From the NCBI RefSeq assembly GCF_009914755.1, contig NC_060929.1: a DNA stretch of 64,000 nucleotides; one strand, given 5' to 3'. The notes under the pieces are model-generated. The model did not search any database. It was given only the letters and a program-made list of their open reading frames with translations, and was not told the origin of the DNA. The DNA is from the human T2T-CHM13v2.0 reference genome, Homo sapiens. Positions 17,036-30,759 of this stretch are shown in pieces. The translations under genes were made by a program, and so were the position numbers. How positions within the stretch are numbered: position 1 is the stretch's first letter; each line of letters opens with the position of its first letter.

Positions 17036-17939
17036 ATAGACTTCTTCAGTGAAGCCATCTGGACCTCGAAGTTTCCTTATGGGAAGTATTTGACCACAGA
17101 TTTCTTTTTCAGATTACCTATTTCTCTGAGATTAAGCTTTTGTAGTCTTTGTTTTTCAAGAAATGTGTTCATTTCATCTAAGTAATCAAATGTATTGGCA
17201 TAAAGCTCTTTAAAATATTCTCTTATTATATTTATAAGGTCACATGATCTGGAATAATGTTCCATCTTCAATTCTGGATACTGATGACTTATATCTTCAC
17301 TCTTTTATTGATCAGTTTGGTTAGAAGTTTATCGACTTTGTTGATTATTTTTTAAAAACCAACTTTTGGTTCCGTAAAATTTTTCTGTGGCTTTCTGTTT
17401 CCAATTTCACTGAAGTTTGCTCTTGCCTTAATATGTCTGTCTTTCTGCTAGCTTTGAGTCAAATTTTCTTAGTTTTTCCATTTTCTTAAGAAGAAATCTA
17501 AATGAATGAGTCCAGATCTTTCTTGTTTTCTAATAAAGCAATTATTAATGCTATGCATTTTCCCCAAAGTACTGTTTTAGCAACTTTCCCAGAATTCTGG
17601 CAAGTATTTTCATGTTTTCATTTTTGTTCAATTAAAAGTATTTTCTGATTTTTCTTGTGACTTTTTCTTCCATGATTGGGTTATTTAGGCGTGTGTTGTT
17701 TAATTTCTAATTATTTGGATTTTTGAGATTTTTTTTCTGCTATTAATTTCAAGTTTAATTCTACTGTGCCAGAGAATCTACTTTGTATGACTTGAATTTT
17801 TTAAAATTTCTTGATATGCCTTTATGGTCCAGAATATGTCTTTCCTGGTGAATATGTTATGTGTGCTTGACAAGAATACATTCTGCTGTTGTTGGGTGGA
17901 GTGTTCTACAAATGTCAATTAGATCAAGTTAGTTAATAG

Positions 17940-18286
<347 letters not shown>

Positions 18287-19224
18287 CATTTCTGTCTACT
18301 TTCTTTATACATTACTGAGATACTGAGAAATGGGATTTGAAGTCTTTATAGTTGTGGATTTATCTATTTGTTCTTTGAATTGTATAAGTTTTTAAATGTA
18401 TTTTGGAGGTTCATTGTTAAGTGTTTGCACATTTAGGATTGTATGTCTTCATGGTGAATTGTTCCCTTTATCATTATGTAATGTCTCTCTTTATCCTTGG
18501 AAATAATCCTTCTTCTGAAGTCTATTTAGTCTGATATTAATATAGCCATTCTAGCTTCTTTTAATTAGTATTTGCATGGTACACCTTTTTTCTTTCCTTT
18601 CCTTTTAATCTGTGTATAACTTCACATTTGAAGTGAATTTCTTGTAGATAGCATGTAAGTGGGTCTTGCCTTTTTGTCCAATGTGATAATCTTTGCCTTT
18701 AAGTGTAATTTACATTTAATATAATTATTGATGTGATTGAATTTAAATCTTCTGTCTTCCTAATTGTTTTTGATTTGTCTTATCTGTTCTTTAGTCCTTT
18801 TCCCCTCTTCTTTTACCATCTACTTTTAGGTTAATTATTTTTATTATTTCTTTTTATTTCCACTATTGGCTTATTAGTTATACCTTGTTTAAAATTTTTG
18901 GTTTACAATATACATTGTTAACTTATGTGAGTCTACCTTCAAAGAATATTATACCACTTCATATAAAGTGAAAGAATCTTTCAAGACTCTACTTCCAATT
19001 CCTCCCTCTCATTCTTTGAAATATTTTTGCCATATATTTTACTTTTACATATGTTATAAGCCCCACATACATTGCTATTCATTTTGTTTTATACAATTTA
19101 AAGTCACCGAAAATAAGAGAAAAAGGGGTCTTTTACATTTATTTTTACCATTTCCTTAACTCTATTTCTTTGTATAGATTCAAGTTTTCATTTGACATCA
19201 AAGTTTTATGTATACATACCAAAG

Positions 19225-20048
19225 TGTTTGTAAAAATTCTCACATGGTCACTCAATACAACGTTTCCACTCTAGTCACCAAATGTGTGCAGGGATTTCTC
19301 CCCACCAGCAGACAACTCTGCAGGAGATTCTCCAGCAGACACCAGTTTAGTTTCTTCTAATTCGATTCTGACACTGTCTACCTGGAGATCCCATAGGTTG
19401 AGGGATCAGTTCCACAAGACTGCCGCCACTTTAGATGGCAATCACAAGCAGAGGTTGTGAGCCGTACTTCTGACTGACTGGCTATAAATCAGGGTTCCCA
19501 CAACTCCATCCTTGGGTTTGATTAATTTGCTAGAACAGCTCACAGGACTCGAGAAAATCCCTAGATAACTGGTTTATTAAAAAGTATATTACAAAGGATA
19601 CAGATGAAAAGCCAGATGGGAAAGATGCTTAGGGTGAGGTATGGGAAAAGGGGTGTAGAACTTCCATGCCCTCTCCTGGTGCACCACCCTCCAGGAAACT
19701 CCATATGTCCAGCTAACTAGAAGCCCATCCAAACTCTGCTCTTTTGGGGTTTTATGAAGGATTTATTACATAGGCATTATTGATGACATTATTGGCCATT
19801 GGTGATCAACTCAACCTTCAGCCCCTCTTCCCTCCCTGGAGGTTGGTGGGTTGGTCCTGACACTGTATTTATACCTTGGTCTTTCTGATGACCAGCTCCT
19901 ATCTTGAAGCTGTGTAGGGGCTGCTAGCCACTAGTCATCTCATTAGCATTCAAAAGACACTCTTATTCCTCTGTAGATTCCAAGGGTTTTAGGAGCTATG
20001 TGTCAGGAAAGAGGGACAAAGACCAAATATGTATTTAACAATATCACA
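19225..20048. mobile_element. MER21-like ERV LTR
   Basis: TTCTGACACTGTCTACCTGGAGAT...CCACAAGACTGCC...GGCCATTGGTGATCAACTCAACCTTCAGCCCCT, ending ATATCACA. Confidence 0.7.
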
Positions 20049-20399
20049 AAACTTATTCTTCTCCAAGATCTTTCCTTAAAATTTAATGTAGCACTGGTCT
20101 TCTGGCAATAAATTTTCACTGCTTTTGTTTGTCTGAAAAAGGTCCTTATATGCCTTCAGTTTGGAAAGGGTTATTTTCTCTGGTGGGTATAGAATTCTGG
20201 GTTCATAGTTATTTTCCTTCAGCACATTATGGTATCACTCTATTGTCTTTCGGCTTGCATAATTACTGATGATAAAAGTGTCATATTTGTTATCTTTATT
20301 AATTTGTATTCAGTGTGTCTTTTTGTCCTTTGGTTACCCTCAAGATTTTTGCTTTATCTTTGGTTTTCAGCAGTTTGACTATAATTACAACGTGTCTAG

Positions 20400-20553
20400 T
20401 TTTTTCTGTTTTGTTTTGTTTGAGACAGGGTCTTACTCTGTTACACAGCTAGAGTGCAGTGGCACAATCATAGCTCACTGTAGTCTCGAAATCCTGGGCT
20501 CAACCAATCTTCCTTCCTCAGCCTCCCAAGTAAGGACTACAGGCATGTGCCAC
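20400..20553 (-). mobile_element. Old Alu right arm (AluJ/FRAM), interrupted by an MST LTR
   Basis: GAGACAGGGTCTTACTCTG...GGACTACAGGCATGTGCCAC; the Alu resumes briefly at 20954-20964. Confidence 0.8.
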
Positions 20554-20953
20554 TGTGCTAGTCCATTTTTGCATAGCTATAAAGAAACACCTAAGGCTGG
20601 GTAGTTTATAAAGAAAATTGATTTATTTTGGCTCATGGTTCTGCAACTATACAGGAAGCATGGTGCTGGTATCCGCTTCTGGTGAGCCCTCATGAAGCTT
20701 ATAATCATGGTAGAGGGTGAAGGAGGAAGCAGTGTATCACATGGTGAGAATGGGAACAAGAGAGACAGCAGGGAAGTGCCATACTCTTTTAAGCAACCAC
20801 ATCTCATGCGAACTCACTCATTACTGTGAGGATGGCACCAAGCCATTCATGAGGGATCTGCCCACATGATCCAAGCACCTCCTACTGGCCACACCTCCAA
20901 CACTGGGGATTACAATTCAGATTTGGAGGGGACAGACATCCAAACCATTAACC
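20554..20953 (-). mobile_element. MST (MaLR) solo LTR
   Basis: TGTGCTAGTCCATTTTTGCATAGCTATAAAGAAA...CATCCAAACCAT, with TSD GCCAC. Confidence 0.85.
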
Positions 20954-21757
20954 GCCACACCTAAAGTTTGTTTGTTTGTTTTTTAACTTGTTCTCTTTGG
21001 AGTTTCTCTGAGGTTGTTGAGTCTGTGCTACGAAGTCTTCCATTATTTTCAGAAAATTCCAAATCATTATGTCTTCAAGTACTTCTTCTGCTCTGTTCCT
21101 TCTTTCTTCTTTTGGGACTCCAGTTACATGTATGTTAAACTATTTTCTATTTTTCCACATTTTTTCAATGTTCTGCTCTGAACACTGAACTACCCCACTC
21201 TTTTTTTCGTTGTGTTTCAGTTTTGATAAAGTCTGTTGACCTATCTTCAAGGTTACAATCTTTCCTCGGCTTTCCAGGTTACTGCTGAGCTCATCAAATA
21301 CATTTTTTATCTTGGATATTCTATTTTATTTACTAGCATGTTAATGTAACTCTTTCTTATAGTTTCCATTTCTCTGCTGAAATTCCCCATCTGTTCAAAC
21401 ATGTTGCCCATCATTTCCAACAGAGTTTTAAAATATTTATCATGGCTATTTTAAATTTCCTATCTGAAAATTCTAACATCTAGGCTTAATGTCTAGGCTG
21501 CATCTGAGTCTGGATCTGTTGATTACTTTATTTCTTGGGAGTAGGTTGTTTCTTATTCTTTTTGAGTGTGTCTTGTGATTTTTGATTAATGTTGAGCATC
21601 ATAGGTAGAGGAACAGTAGAGCTTGAGGCATAATGTTATGCCTGGACATGCCACTATTTTTGTTATGCAGTTAATATGTAAGGAGGGGTGGGTGTTCAGT
21701 CAGTCTAGTCAGGAGCTGAGCTTAGTTTGTTTTCTTCTAGTTATTATTATCTTCAGT

Positions 21758-24021
21758 GGGATTAGTTTGTTCTCATGCTGCTAGGAAGAACTGCCCAAGA
21801 CAGGGTAATTTATAAAAGAAAGAGGTCTAATTGACTCACAGTTCTGCATGGCTGGGGAGGCCTCAGGAAACATATAATCCTGGTGGAAGGGGAAGCCAAT
21901 ACATCCTTCTTCACATGGCAGCAGGAGAGAGAAATGCCAAGCAAAGGGGGAAAAAGACCCTTATGAAACTATCAGATCTCATGAGAACACACTCACTGTC
22001 ATGAGAACAGTGTGGGGGAACTGCCCCCATGATCTAATCACCTGACATGAGGTCCTGTCCCCAACACATGGGGATTACAATTCAAGATAAGATTCTGAGT
22101 GAGGACACAGGCAAACCGTATCATTCCACCCCAGTCCCTCCCAAATCTCATGTCCTCACATTTCAAAACACAATCATTCCCTTGCAACAGTAGTCCCTCA
22201 AATTCTTAACTCATTCCAGCGTTAACCCAAAAGTCAAAGTCCACAGTCTCATCTGAGACAAGGCAAGTTCCTTCTGCCTATGAGCCTGTAAAATCAAAAG
22301 CAAGTTAGTTACTCCCTAGATACAATCTGGGTACAGGCATTGGGTAAATACACCCATTCCAAATGGGAGACATTGGCCAAAACAAAGGGGCTACAGGCCC
22401 CATGAGAGTTCAAAATTCAATAGGGCAGTGATTAAACCATAAAACTCCAAAATGATCTCCTTTGACTCTATGTCTCACATTCAGGTCACACTGATGCAAG
22501 AAGTGGTCTCCTTTGGCCTTGGGCAGCTCTGCACCTGTGACTTTGCAGGGTACAGCTCCCTCCCAGCTGCCTTCACAGGCTGGCATTGAGTGCTTGTGGC
22601 TTTTACAGGCACACAGTGCAAGCTGTCAGCGGATCTACCATTCTGGGGTCTGGAAGCTCCACTAGGCAGTGCCCCAGTGGGGACTCTGTGTGTGGGCTCT
22701 GACCCTAGATTTCCCTTTCACACTGCCCTAGCAGAAGTTCTCCATGAGGGCTCTGCCCCTGCAGCAAACTTCTGCCTGGACATTCAGGTGTTTTTGTACA
22801 TCCTCTGATCCTCTAGGTGGAGGTTTCCAAACCTCAGTTCTTGACTTCTGTGCACCCACAGGCTCAACACCCCATGGAAACCACCAAGGCTTTCACCCTC
22901 TGAAGTAATGACCTGAGCTGTACCTTGGCCCCTTTTAGCCACAGCTGGAGTGAAGCAGCTGGGATGCAGGCATCATGTCCTGAGGCTGCACAGAGCGTGG
23001 GGGGACCCTGGGCCCTGCTCACAAAACCATTTTTCCTTGCTAGGCCTCTGAGCCTGTGATGAAAGGGGCTGCTGTGAAGGTCTCTGACATGGCCTGGAGA
23101 CATTTTCCCCATTGTCTTGGTGATTAACATTTGCCTCCTCGTTACTTATGCAAATTTCTGCAGCAAGCTTGAGTTTCTCCCCAGAAAATGGGTTTTTCTT
23201 TTCTATTGCATGGTCAGGCTGCACATTTTCCAAACTTTTATGCTCTGCTTCCTCATGAATGCTTTTCTGCTTAGAAATTTCTTCTGCCAAATACCCTAAA
23301 TCATCTCTCTCAAGTTCAAAGTTCCACAAATCTCTAGGGCAGGGGCAAAAAGCTGCCTCTCAGTCTCTTTGCTAAAGCATAGCAAGAGTGACCTTTACTC
23401 CAGTTCCCAAAAAGTTCCTCGTCTCCGTCTGAGACCACCTTAGCCTAGAGTTCATTGTCTATATCACTGTCAGGATTTTGGTCAAAGCCATTCAACAAGT
23501 CTCTAGGAGGTTCCAAACTTTCCACATTTTCCTGTCTTCTTCTGAGCCCTCCAAACTGTTCCAACCTCTGCCTGTTATCCAGTTCCAAAGTCGCTTCCAC
23601 ATTTTCATAACTTTACAGCAGTGCCCTACTCCTGGTACCAATTTACTGTATTAGTCCGTTCTCACACTGCTATGAAAAACTGCCTGAGACTAGGTAATTT
23701 ATAAAGGAAAGAGCTTTAATTAACTCACAGTTCTGCATGGCTGGGGAGGTCTCAGGAAACTTACAATCATGGTGGAATAGGAACCAAACATGTCCTTCAC
23801 ATGACAGCAGGAGAGAGAAGTGCCAAGTGAAGGGGGAAAAAGCCCCTTATAAAATCATCATATCTCATGAGAACTCACTCACTATCATAAGAACAGCATG
23901 GGGGAACTTCCCCCATGATCTAATCACATCCCATGAGGTTTCACCTCTAACATATGGGGATTACAATTTGGATTACAAATCAAGATGAGATTTTGAGTGG
24001 GGATACAGCCAAAGCATATCA
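21758..24021 (-). mobile_element. Full-structure THE1/MSTA MaLR provirus (LTR 21758-22123, internal 22124-23646, LTR 23647-24021)
   Basis: Two similar LTRs of about 370 bp flank a 1.5-kb internal region. The internal ORF relic WNFELERDDLGYLAEEISKQ is characteristic. Confidence 0.92.
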
Positions 24022-25339
24022 AGTGCACCACACGCTTCCAATCCCGTCAGCAGTGGACTGTTACTATGTTCTTTCATTAGAGTGGGATGAGGGGGATGCA
24101 AGAGGTTTTTGTTTTTGTTTTTTTTTTTTCTGTTCTCCCTCAGCTTTCAACTATTCTTGGCTGCCTGTGCTCCAGGGGGGCATCTCTATCCATACTCTTG
24201 TTCCTCTTCCAGGACTAGACTGATGTTGCTTATTACTCAATGTTAGGCTCATAACAGCATCCAGCCTCAGTCTTTGGCAAGTCCTAGGCATCTTGGCTTC
24301 ATAATTAAAGATTTCCAGCACCATACCTGCCTGGCAGGCAAACCCTATCTTGGTTGTTCTGAGGAAGGAAGGAATTTCCTTTTTCTCTCCCTTCAGAGTA
24401 GCAGACTTTGTTTGGTATTGGTACAGGATCCTTACCCTTCCCCCAGGAAATACGGTGTTTGCCTCTACTTCTCCTCTAGCAGCAATTGATCTTTGCCTTT
24501 GTCCTGAGGTTGAGATAATTTCCTACACCTCTACAAGAAGCAGGTGGATTTTGTTTCTATTTCTCCATAGAACCAATAGGTATATGCCTATATTCTAGGG
24601 AAGATAGTTTACCTTCTTCAGTGGCTTAATGTGTCTGCTTAAAGGATAGAAATCTCTGGGAAAATGAGTGGGGTTTGTGCCTATTCCCAAGCAGAAATCA
24701 CTTCCTAAACTCCTTTACCACCAGAGGAACTTCCAGTCTTCTGTTCTGACCTGATCTTTCTTGTGAATACCTGATGAAGGCTCATGGATAACAGCTTGCA
24801 AGTAGGTGTGTGCTCCCCTGTTCCAAACTGACACCCTAGCCCTAACTTGGTGTTAAAAATTTTATTAAAATTTTAGTTGATTTATTCTTACCTACCTTAA
24901 GCCACCTCTTTCTCTTGTGCTTTGACTGAGGTGAAACAGTCAACATGCCCTGTCTCCCCTGGTCAGGGGGGCTTTCCCATCTTTGTAATTTAATCAATTT
25001 GTGACCTCAGCTTTCTTGTTGGCTCAAGAAAAGTAATGATTTTGTAGATTATCTGGATTTTCTCATTTTTAGAGTAAGAGTGATTTTCTTTGAGCTTCTT
25101 ACATTTTACATGAAAGTTCAAGTTTCCACCATTGTCTTAGTCTAAGTTTCAGAAATGGCTCACATTTCTACTCATGACCCAGTGAAAAGGGCCCAGTCAC
25201 ATGGTCATGCCTAATTGCAAAGGATTCTGGGAAATATAGTCTAGTCATGTGTCCTAGAATAAGTAAAGAAGAGATTTCAGTGAATACCCAGCAGCCTCAG
25301 TCCCCAGGCTCCAAACAAGTGAAATCTAAAATAACTCTG

Positions 25340-25655
25340 TGGCTGGGCACTGTGGCTCATGCCTATAATCTCAGCAATTTAGGAAGCTGAGGCAGGAGGC
25401 TTGCTTGAGCCCAAGAGTTTGGGACCAGCCTAGGCAACATAACAAGACTGCATCTCTACAAGAAAAAAAAAAAAAAAAAAGCCAGGTGGGGTGGCATGTC
25501 CCTGCAGTTCCAACTACTTAGTAGGCTGAGGTAGGCTGAGGTGGGAGGATCACTTGAGCCTGGGAAGTGAAGGCTGCAGTAAGCTGTGATATTGCCACTG
25601 CACTCCCAGCAGATAGAGACCCTGTCTCAAAAACAAAAACAAAACAAAACAAAAA
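25340..25655 (+). mobile_element. AluJ
   Basis: Degenerate dimeric Alu with a (CAAAA)n tail. Confidence 0.9.
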
Positions 25656-26629
25656 TGATTCTGGGCTTGGAGCAATTATGAATCACTGGCTCCATCCTTG
25701 GTGTTAGCCCTGTTGAGATGGTAAGAAATCTGAAGAGAACAAGGTGCTTTGGGCACCTCTGAGTTGGCTGTGGCTGAAACAAAAGTGAGTGGTCAGTTCC
25801 TTTGGCCACCTTCCTGAGGTGACGGCTGGTTCTCTACTGTATCTCTCCCCCTCCCATACCCACAAGGCTGTCTGCCTGCAGAGTTATAGCCTTCTCCCTT
25901 CAGGGAAAATGGCTGGGACCAGATGAAAGATCGAATAAAGTCAACTTATTTCTCCTTGGCCTGAACTACCTAAGTCCTCCCTAGGAAGACTGGGAACTAT
26001 TTCAGTGATTCTCCAGTCAAGTTGTGAATTGCACCAAAGCACCGCATGAATAATGGCATATAAGTTCTGGGGATTATTAGAGGTCTTAGGGGGCTTGGAG
26101 CTGCCTCTTGGGCTTAAGAAATCTGAAGTCCCTTAGAAACTGACATGTTCACAGTGTATACAATAATCAGGAAGGTGACTGAGTGTGATAAGAGCCCAGA
26201 GGAAGTTGGAATGACTAAGTCTGCCTAGGATATCTGAAGAGGCTTCACAGAGGAAAAAGCACTGGAGCTGCAGTTTGAAGGATGAGTGAGGGCCTGGGGA
26301 TAGCCAGATAGGAGACAAGTGGGTAGAAGACATAGAGTCATGAAAGGCCCTGCTGTGTTTGGTGGGTGGTGAGAGGGCTCTTGTGGTCCTGGCCTAGGTG
26401 ATATGGAGAGGATGGGTGAGTATACAAGCTAAGGCAGCTGGATTCAGTTCTAGGAAGAGCCAGGTGTAGTTATGTGGTACAGCATATTTTGATCAGATTT
26501 CTTTGAGGAAAAGACTATGAACAGATTTCAGATATAGACTACCTTGTTTTTTTGAATCTCCCAGAAGCAGACCCTGAGATGAGGAATTGAGCAGGTAGTT
26601 CTCATTTGGAACTGAAGCTGAAGGGGTGG

Positions 26630-27065
26630 CAATACAGTTTGGATGTTTGTCCCCTCCAAATCTCAGATTGAAATGTAATCCCCAGTGTTGGAGGTGGGGC
26701 CTGGTGGGAGGTGTTTGGATCACGGGGGTGGAGCCGTCATGAATATCTTGGTGCTGTCCTCATGGTAATGAGTACATTCTTGCTCTGAGTTCATGTGAGA
26801 TCTGGTTGTTTAAAAGCGCATGGCACCTCCTCCTCACTGTCTTGCTCACGCTCTCTTGTTCTCTCTCTCACCACATGATGGGTCTGCTCCCGCTTTGCCT
26901 TCTGCCTTGAATTAAAGTTCCCTGAGGCTTCACCAGAAACCGAGCAGATGCTGGTGCCATGCTTTGTGACCAGCCTGCAGAACTGTGAGCCAATTAAACC
27001 TCTTTTCATTATAAATTATCCAGCCTCAGGTATTCCTTTATGGTGATGCAAAATAAACTAACACA
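26630..27065 (+). mobile_element. MST solo LTR
   Basis: AGTTTGGATGTTTGTCCCCTCCAAATCTCA...ACTAACACA, with perfect 5-bp TSD GGTGG. Confidence 0.9.
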
Positions 27066-28748
27066 GGTGGCCACTTTCTCAGTCCTGCTGTCCTCATGTG
27101 GAAAGCAGAGTCTGGAGAAAGCAGAGGTGGAGACAAAGACAAACTGTACAAATGCAAGGAAAGCATCTGCTTGGATGTGGCATAGCTTACGTGCACTCAC
27201 AATCCATTAGCCAAAGCCAGTCCCATTACCAAGGCCAGAGTCACTGGGACAGGAAGGACTATCAGCCTACATAGGAGTGCATGGTAAAAGTAGGGGAAGG
27301 AACCAACAATTGTGAACAATAGTACAATCTACCAAGTTCATATGCTGGCTATGCAGGAGGTGTTCAGTTTGTGTCAGGATGAGTTTAACCTAATAGAAGC
27401 AAGCAGCATACAATTAAGGGCCAAGTGCAGTTCTTTAGACAGAGCGAAGATCAAATTTGAGTCAATGAAACAGTGTATACTCTGGTTCTCCTTTTTGCTT
27501 GTATCTCAGAGACTTGAGACCACTTTGGCATAAACTGGATGCATGTTTCCCCTTACTCTCAAGACCAGAAGATGACATCTGTCAATGACACAGTGGTCTT
27601 CATCTGAACAAGACAGTGACCTTAGAAGACAAACAGTACCCTGCCAAAATGGATGGCATAAGCTCAGCCATCTGAAACCCCAACATCTAGTTTTACCATC
27701 CTGCCTTCAGGGTTGCCTGGCTTCTGGCCATTAGCCCAGTAAGCAGCAGGTAAACTCAGTGCTTGAGCTGAGAGTTTGTCCTGAGCCTCTCTGGGAAGTG
27801 ACAGCTCCTAAAGAGAGATATACTTAGGCATATTACTGGCTTATGGCCATTGCAGGCAACTGGTAAAACTTACCAGGAGCATCTTCTGTGCTAAAATCTT
27901 CACCATTGGTCTCTTTGGTGTTGAACTTTGCAGCCTTGATTCCCTGCTTGGCTGAGGTTGGAGCAACTGCATACATATTTTCTAAAAAAAAGTCTAGGAC
28001 TGACTGGTAAAATGTATGGGGCTTTCTAGAGAGATGTGGATTTGTGGAGACTGATTTTTCACAAGAGGATGCCACCAGGTTCTTAGCTCTGTTGGTTCTG
28101 CAAACTGATACCCCAGGTCTTTGCCAGAGAACTCACCCTTAAACCCTCTCAGGCTAGTTCTCTCCTACCTAAGTGAGAGAATAGGGTGAACGTGCCCTTT
28201 TCCTCATTCAGCAAAAGGCCCTAGAATGGCAGCTGTGGCCCTGCCTCCTGCTATGATCCAGCTTACTCCTGTGTTAGACTGGGGCTTGAAGCTAAGCCCC
28301 AGCTTTTCACTCAGCTGCACTTCATTTTTATTCCTTGAGAGATAATTGAAACCACAGCAGGAGCACTGAAGCCAGTTTCCCTAGGTTCAAATCCCAGCTT
28401 CGTGGGTTACTAGCCATGTTATCTTAGGTAAGTTCTTTGATTGTGCCTCACTTCCCTCATCTGTAAAATGGAGATAATTATATTATCAACCTCATGGGTG
28501 GAAGAATTAAATAAGTTACTATGTGTGGTTTGTTTGGAGCAGTGCACAGAATACAGGGTAAGTGCTACGTAAGGGCTAACTAGGGTGGCAAGGATGGGTT
28601 GGTGATACTGAGGGCATTGGCCGTGACACCACAAGTCCCTTCCCCTACCCTTGCCATAAATTTTCTTTGGGGCATTTATCTTAGGCCCCGATTCAGACAA
28701 AGTTGTGGTTCTCTTGAGCACCAACCTGTCTTTTTAGCTCATGGACAC

Positions 28749-29087
28749 TGTTACGGTTTGGCTGTTTCCCTACACAAATCTCATGTTGAATTCCCATGTG
28801 TTGTGGGAGGGACGTGGGAAGTAAGGTCTTCCCCGTGCTGTTCTCATGATAGTGAGTAAGTCTCATGAGATCTGATAGTATGAGGAGGAGTTTTCCTGCA
28901 CAAGCTCTCTCTTTGCCTACTGCCATCCATGTAAGACATGACTTGCTCCTCCTTGCTTTCTACTATGGTTGTGAGGCTTCCCAGCCACGTGGAACTGTAA
29001 GTCCAATTAAACCTCTTTTTTTTTTTTAAAAAAAATTGCCCAGTCTCAGGTATGTCTTTATCAGCAGTGTGAAAACAGACTAATACA
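28749..29087 (+). mobile_element. THE1 solo LTR
   Basis: GGTTTGGCTGT...GACTAATACA, with TSD GACAC/GACCC. Confidence 0.9.
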
Positions 29088-29544
29088 GACCCCGAGACTC
29101 ATGTTTCTATCTTTGTTTTAGGTACTAAAATGAGCATTTCAGGCAAAATTACCCATTTGTAGAGGGCTTTCTGGGATAGGTTCTGTATCCACATTGCTCC
29201 TACTTCAAATCCTTGAAGCCATCCTTGATTCCTCTGTTTCTTTCATGCTCAACAACAAATCCTGGTGTTTCTATCTTCAAAGTGTGTCCTGGTTCTGACC
29301 ACTTTTCATCAGCTTTGCACCATATACTCCTTTCTACAGGACTAATGGTCAACTGCTTAGTTAGGTCCCTGATTCTGCCCTGGCTCCAGCATCTATCATC
29401 CGTATAACAACCAGTGTAGCCTTTAAAAATATAAGGTAATTCATAGCACACCTTTGTTTTCAGCCCTCCAATCACCTTGAGAAAAAACCTGAAGTCCTTA
29501 TAATAGTTTACAAGGCTCACCGTGATTTGACTGTGCACCCCATC

Positions 29545-29896
29545 TGTATTAGTCAGTTTTCATGCCGCTGATAATGTCATAGCTGAGACTGGGCAATTTA
29601 CAAAAGAAAGAGGTTTAATTGGACTTACAGTTCCATGTGGCTGGGGAAGCCTCACAATCATGGTGGAAGGCAATGAGGAGGAAGTCATGTCTTACATAGA
29701 TGGCAGCAGGCAAAGAGAGGGAGTTTGTGCAGGGGAACTCCTCTTTTTGAAACCATCAGATCTCATGAGACTTATTCACTGTCATGAGAATGGAAAAGAC
29801 TTGCCCCCGTGATTCAATTACCTCCCACCCGGTCCCTCCCACAACACCTAGGAATTCAAGAAGGGATTTGGGTAGGGACACAGCAAAATGATATCA
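29545..29896 (-). mobile_element. THE1 solo LTR inserted in an L2 relic
   Basis: TGTATTAGTC...ATATCA, with perfect TSD CCATC. L2-like flanks extend over about 29190-30350. Confidence 0.9.
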
Positions 29897-30407
29897 CCAT
29901 CTCTCTGTCCATGCTTGCCCATGGCTTGCCCTCTGTTCCAGCCATGTCAGCCTCCTTGCTGCCCCTCTAATACACTGCATGGCCAGGGCTTTCCCCTTGC
30001 TGGGCCTTCTCCCTGGGATGCTCCCCTCACCAGAGATATTGGCATGACTTCCCCACTCCCTGTCTTCATCCAGTCCTTTGCTTAAATGTAACTACATTCA
30101 AAGACCTTCCTTGACTACCTTTTCTAAAACAGCAACCATTCTCCCACTCTGGCATTCCAGAGTCACCTTCTTTTACTTTATTTTTTCTCCTCAGAACTTA
30201 CCACAATCTTTCATAAATTTATTTTGCCTTTCCCCACTAGAATGAAAGCTCCTTTGGGCCAAGAACTTTGTCTGTCTTGGTTACTCCAGTGCCTGGAAAG
30301 GTGCTCAGCACATAGTAGGGGCTTGATGAGGAGTCACTAAAGAAATAAGAGAATGGGTGGAATCTTTATTTTACTAGTTCGTCCTAATCTTCCCTTCCCT
30401 GCTTTCA

Positions 30408-30759
<352 letters not shown>

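Noticed and set aside
22590-23329. ORFs with MaLR-like peptide (WNFELERDDLGYLAEEISKQ)
   Set aside because: Fragmented internal ORF relic of the THE1/MST provirus, not a gene.
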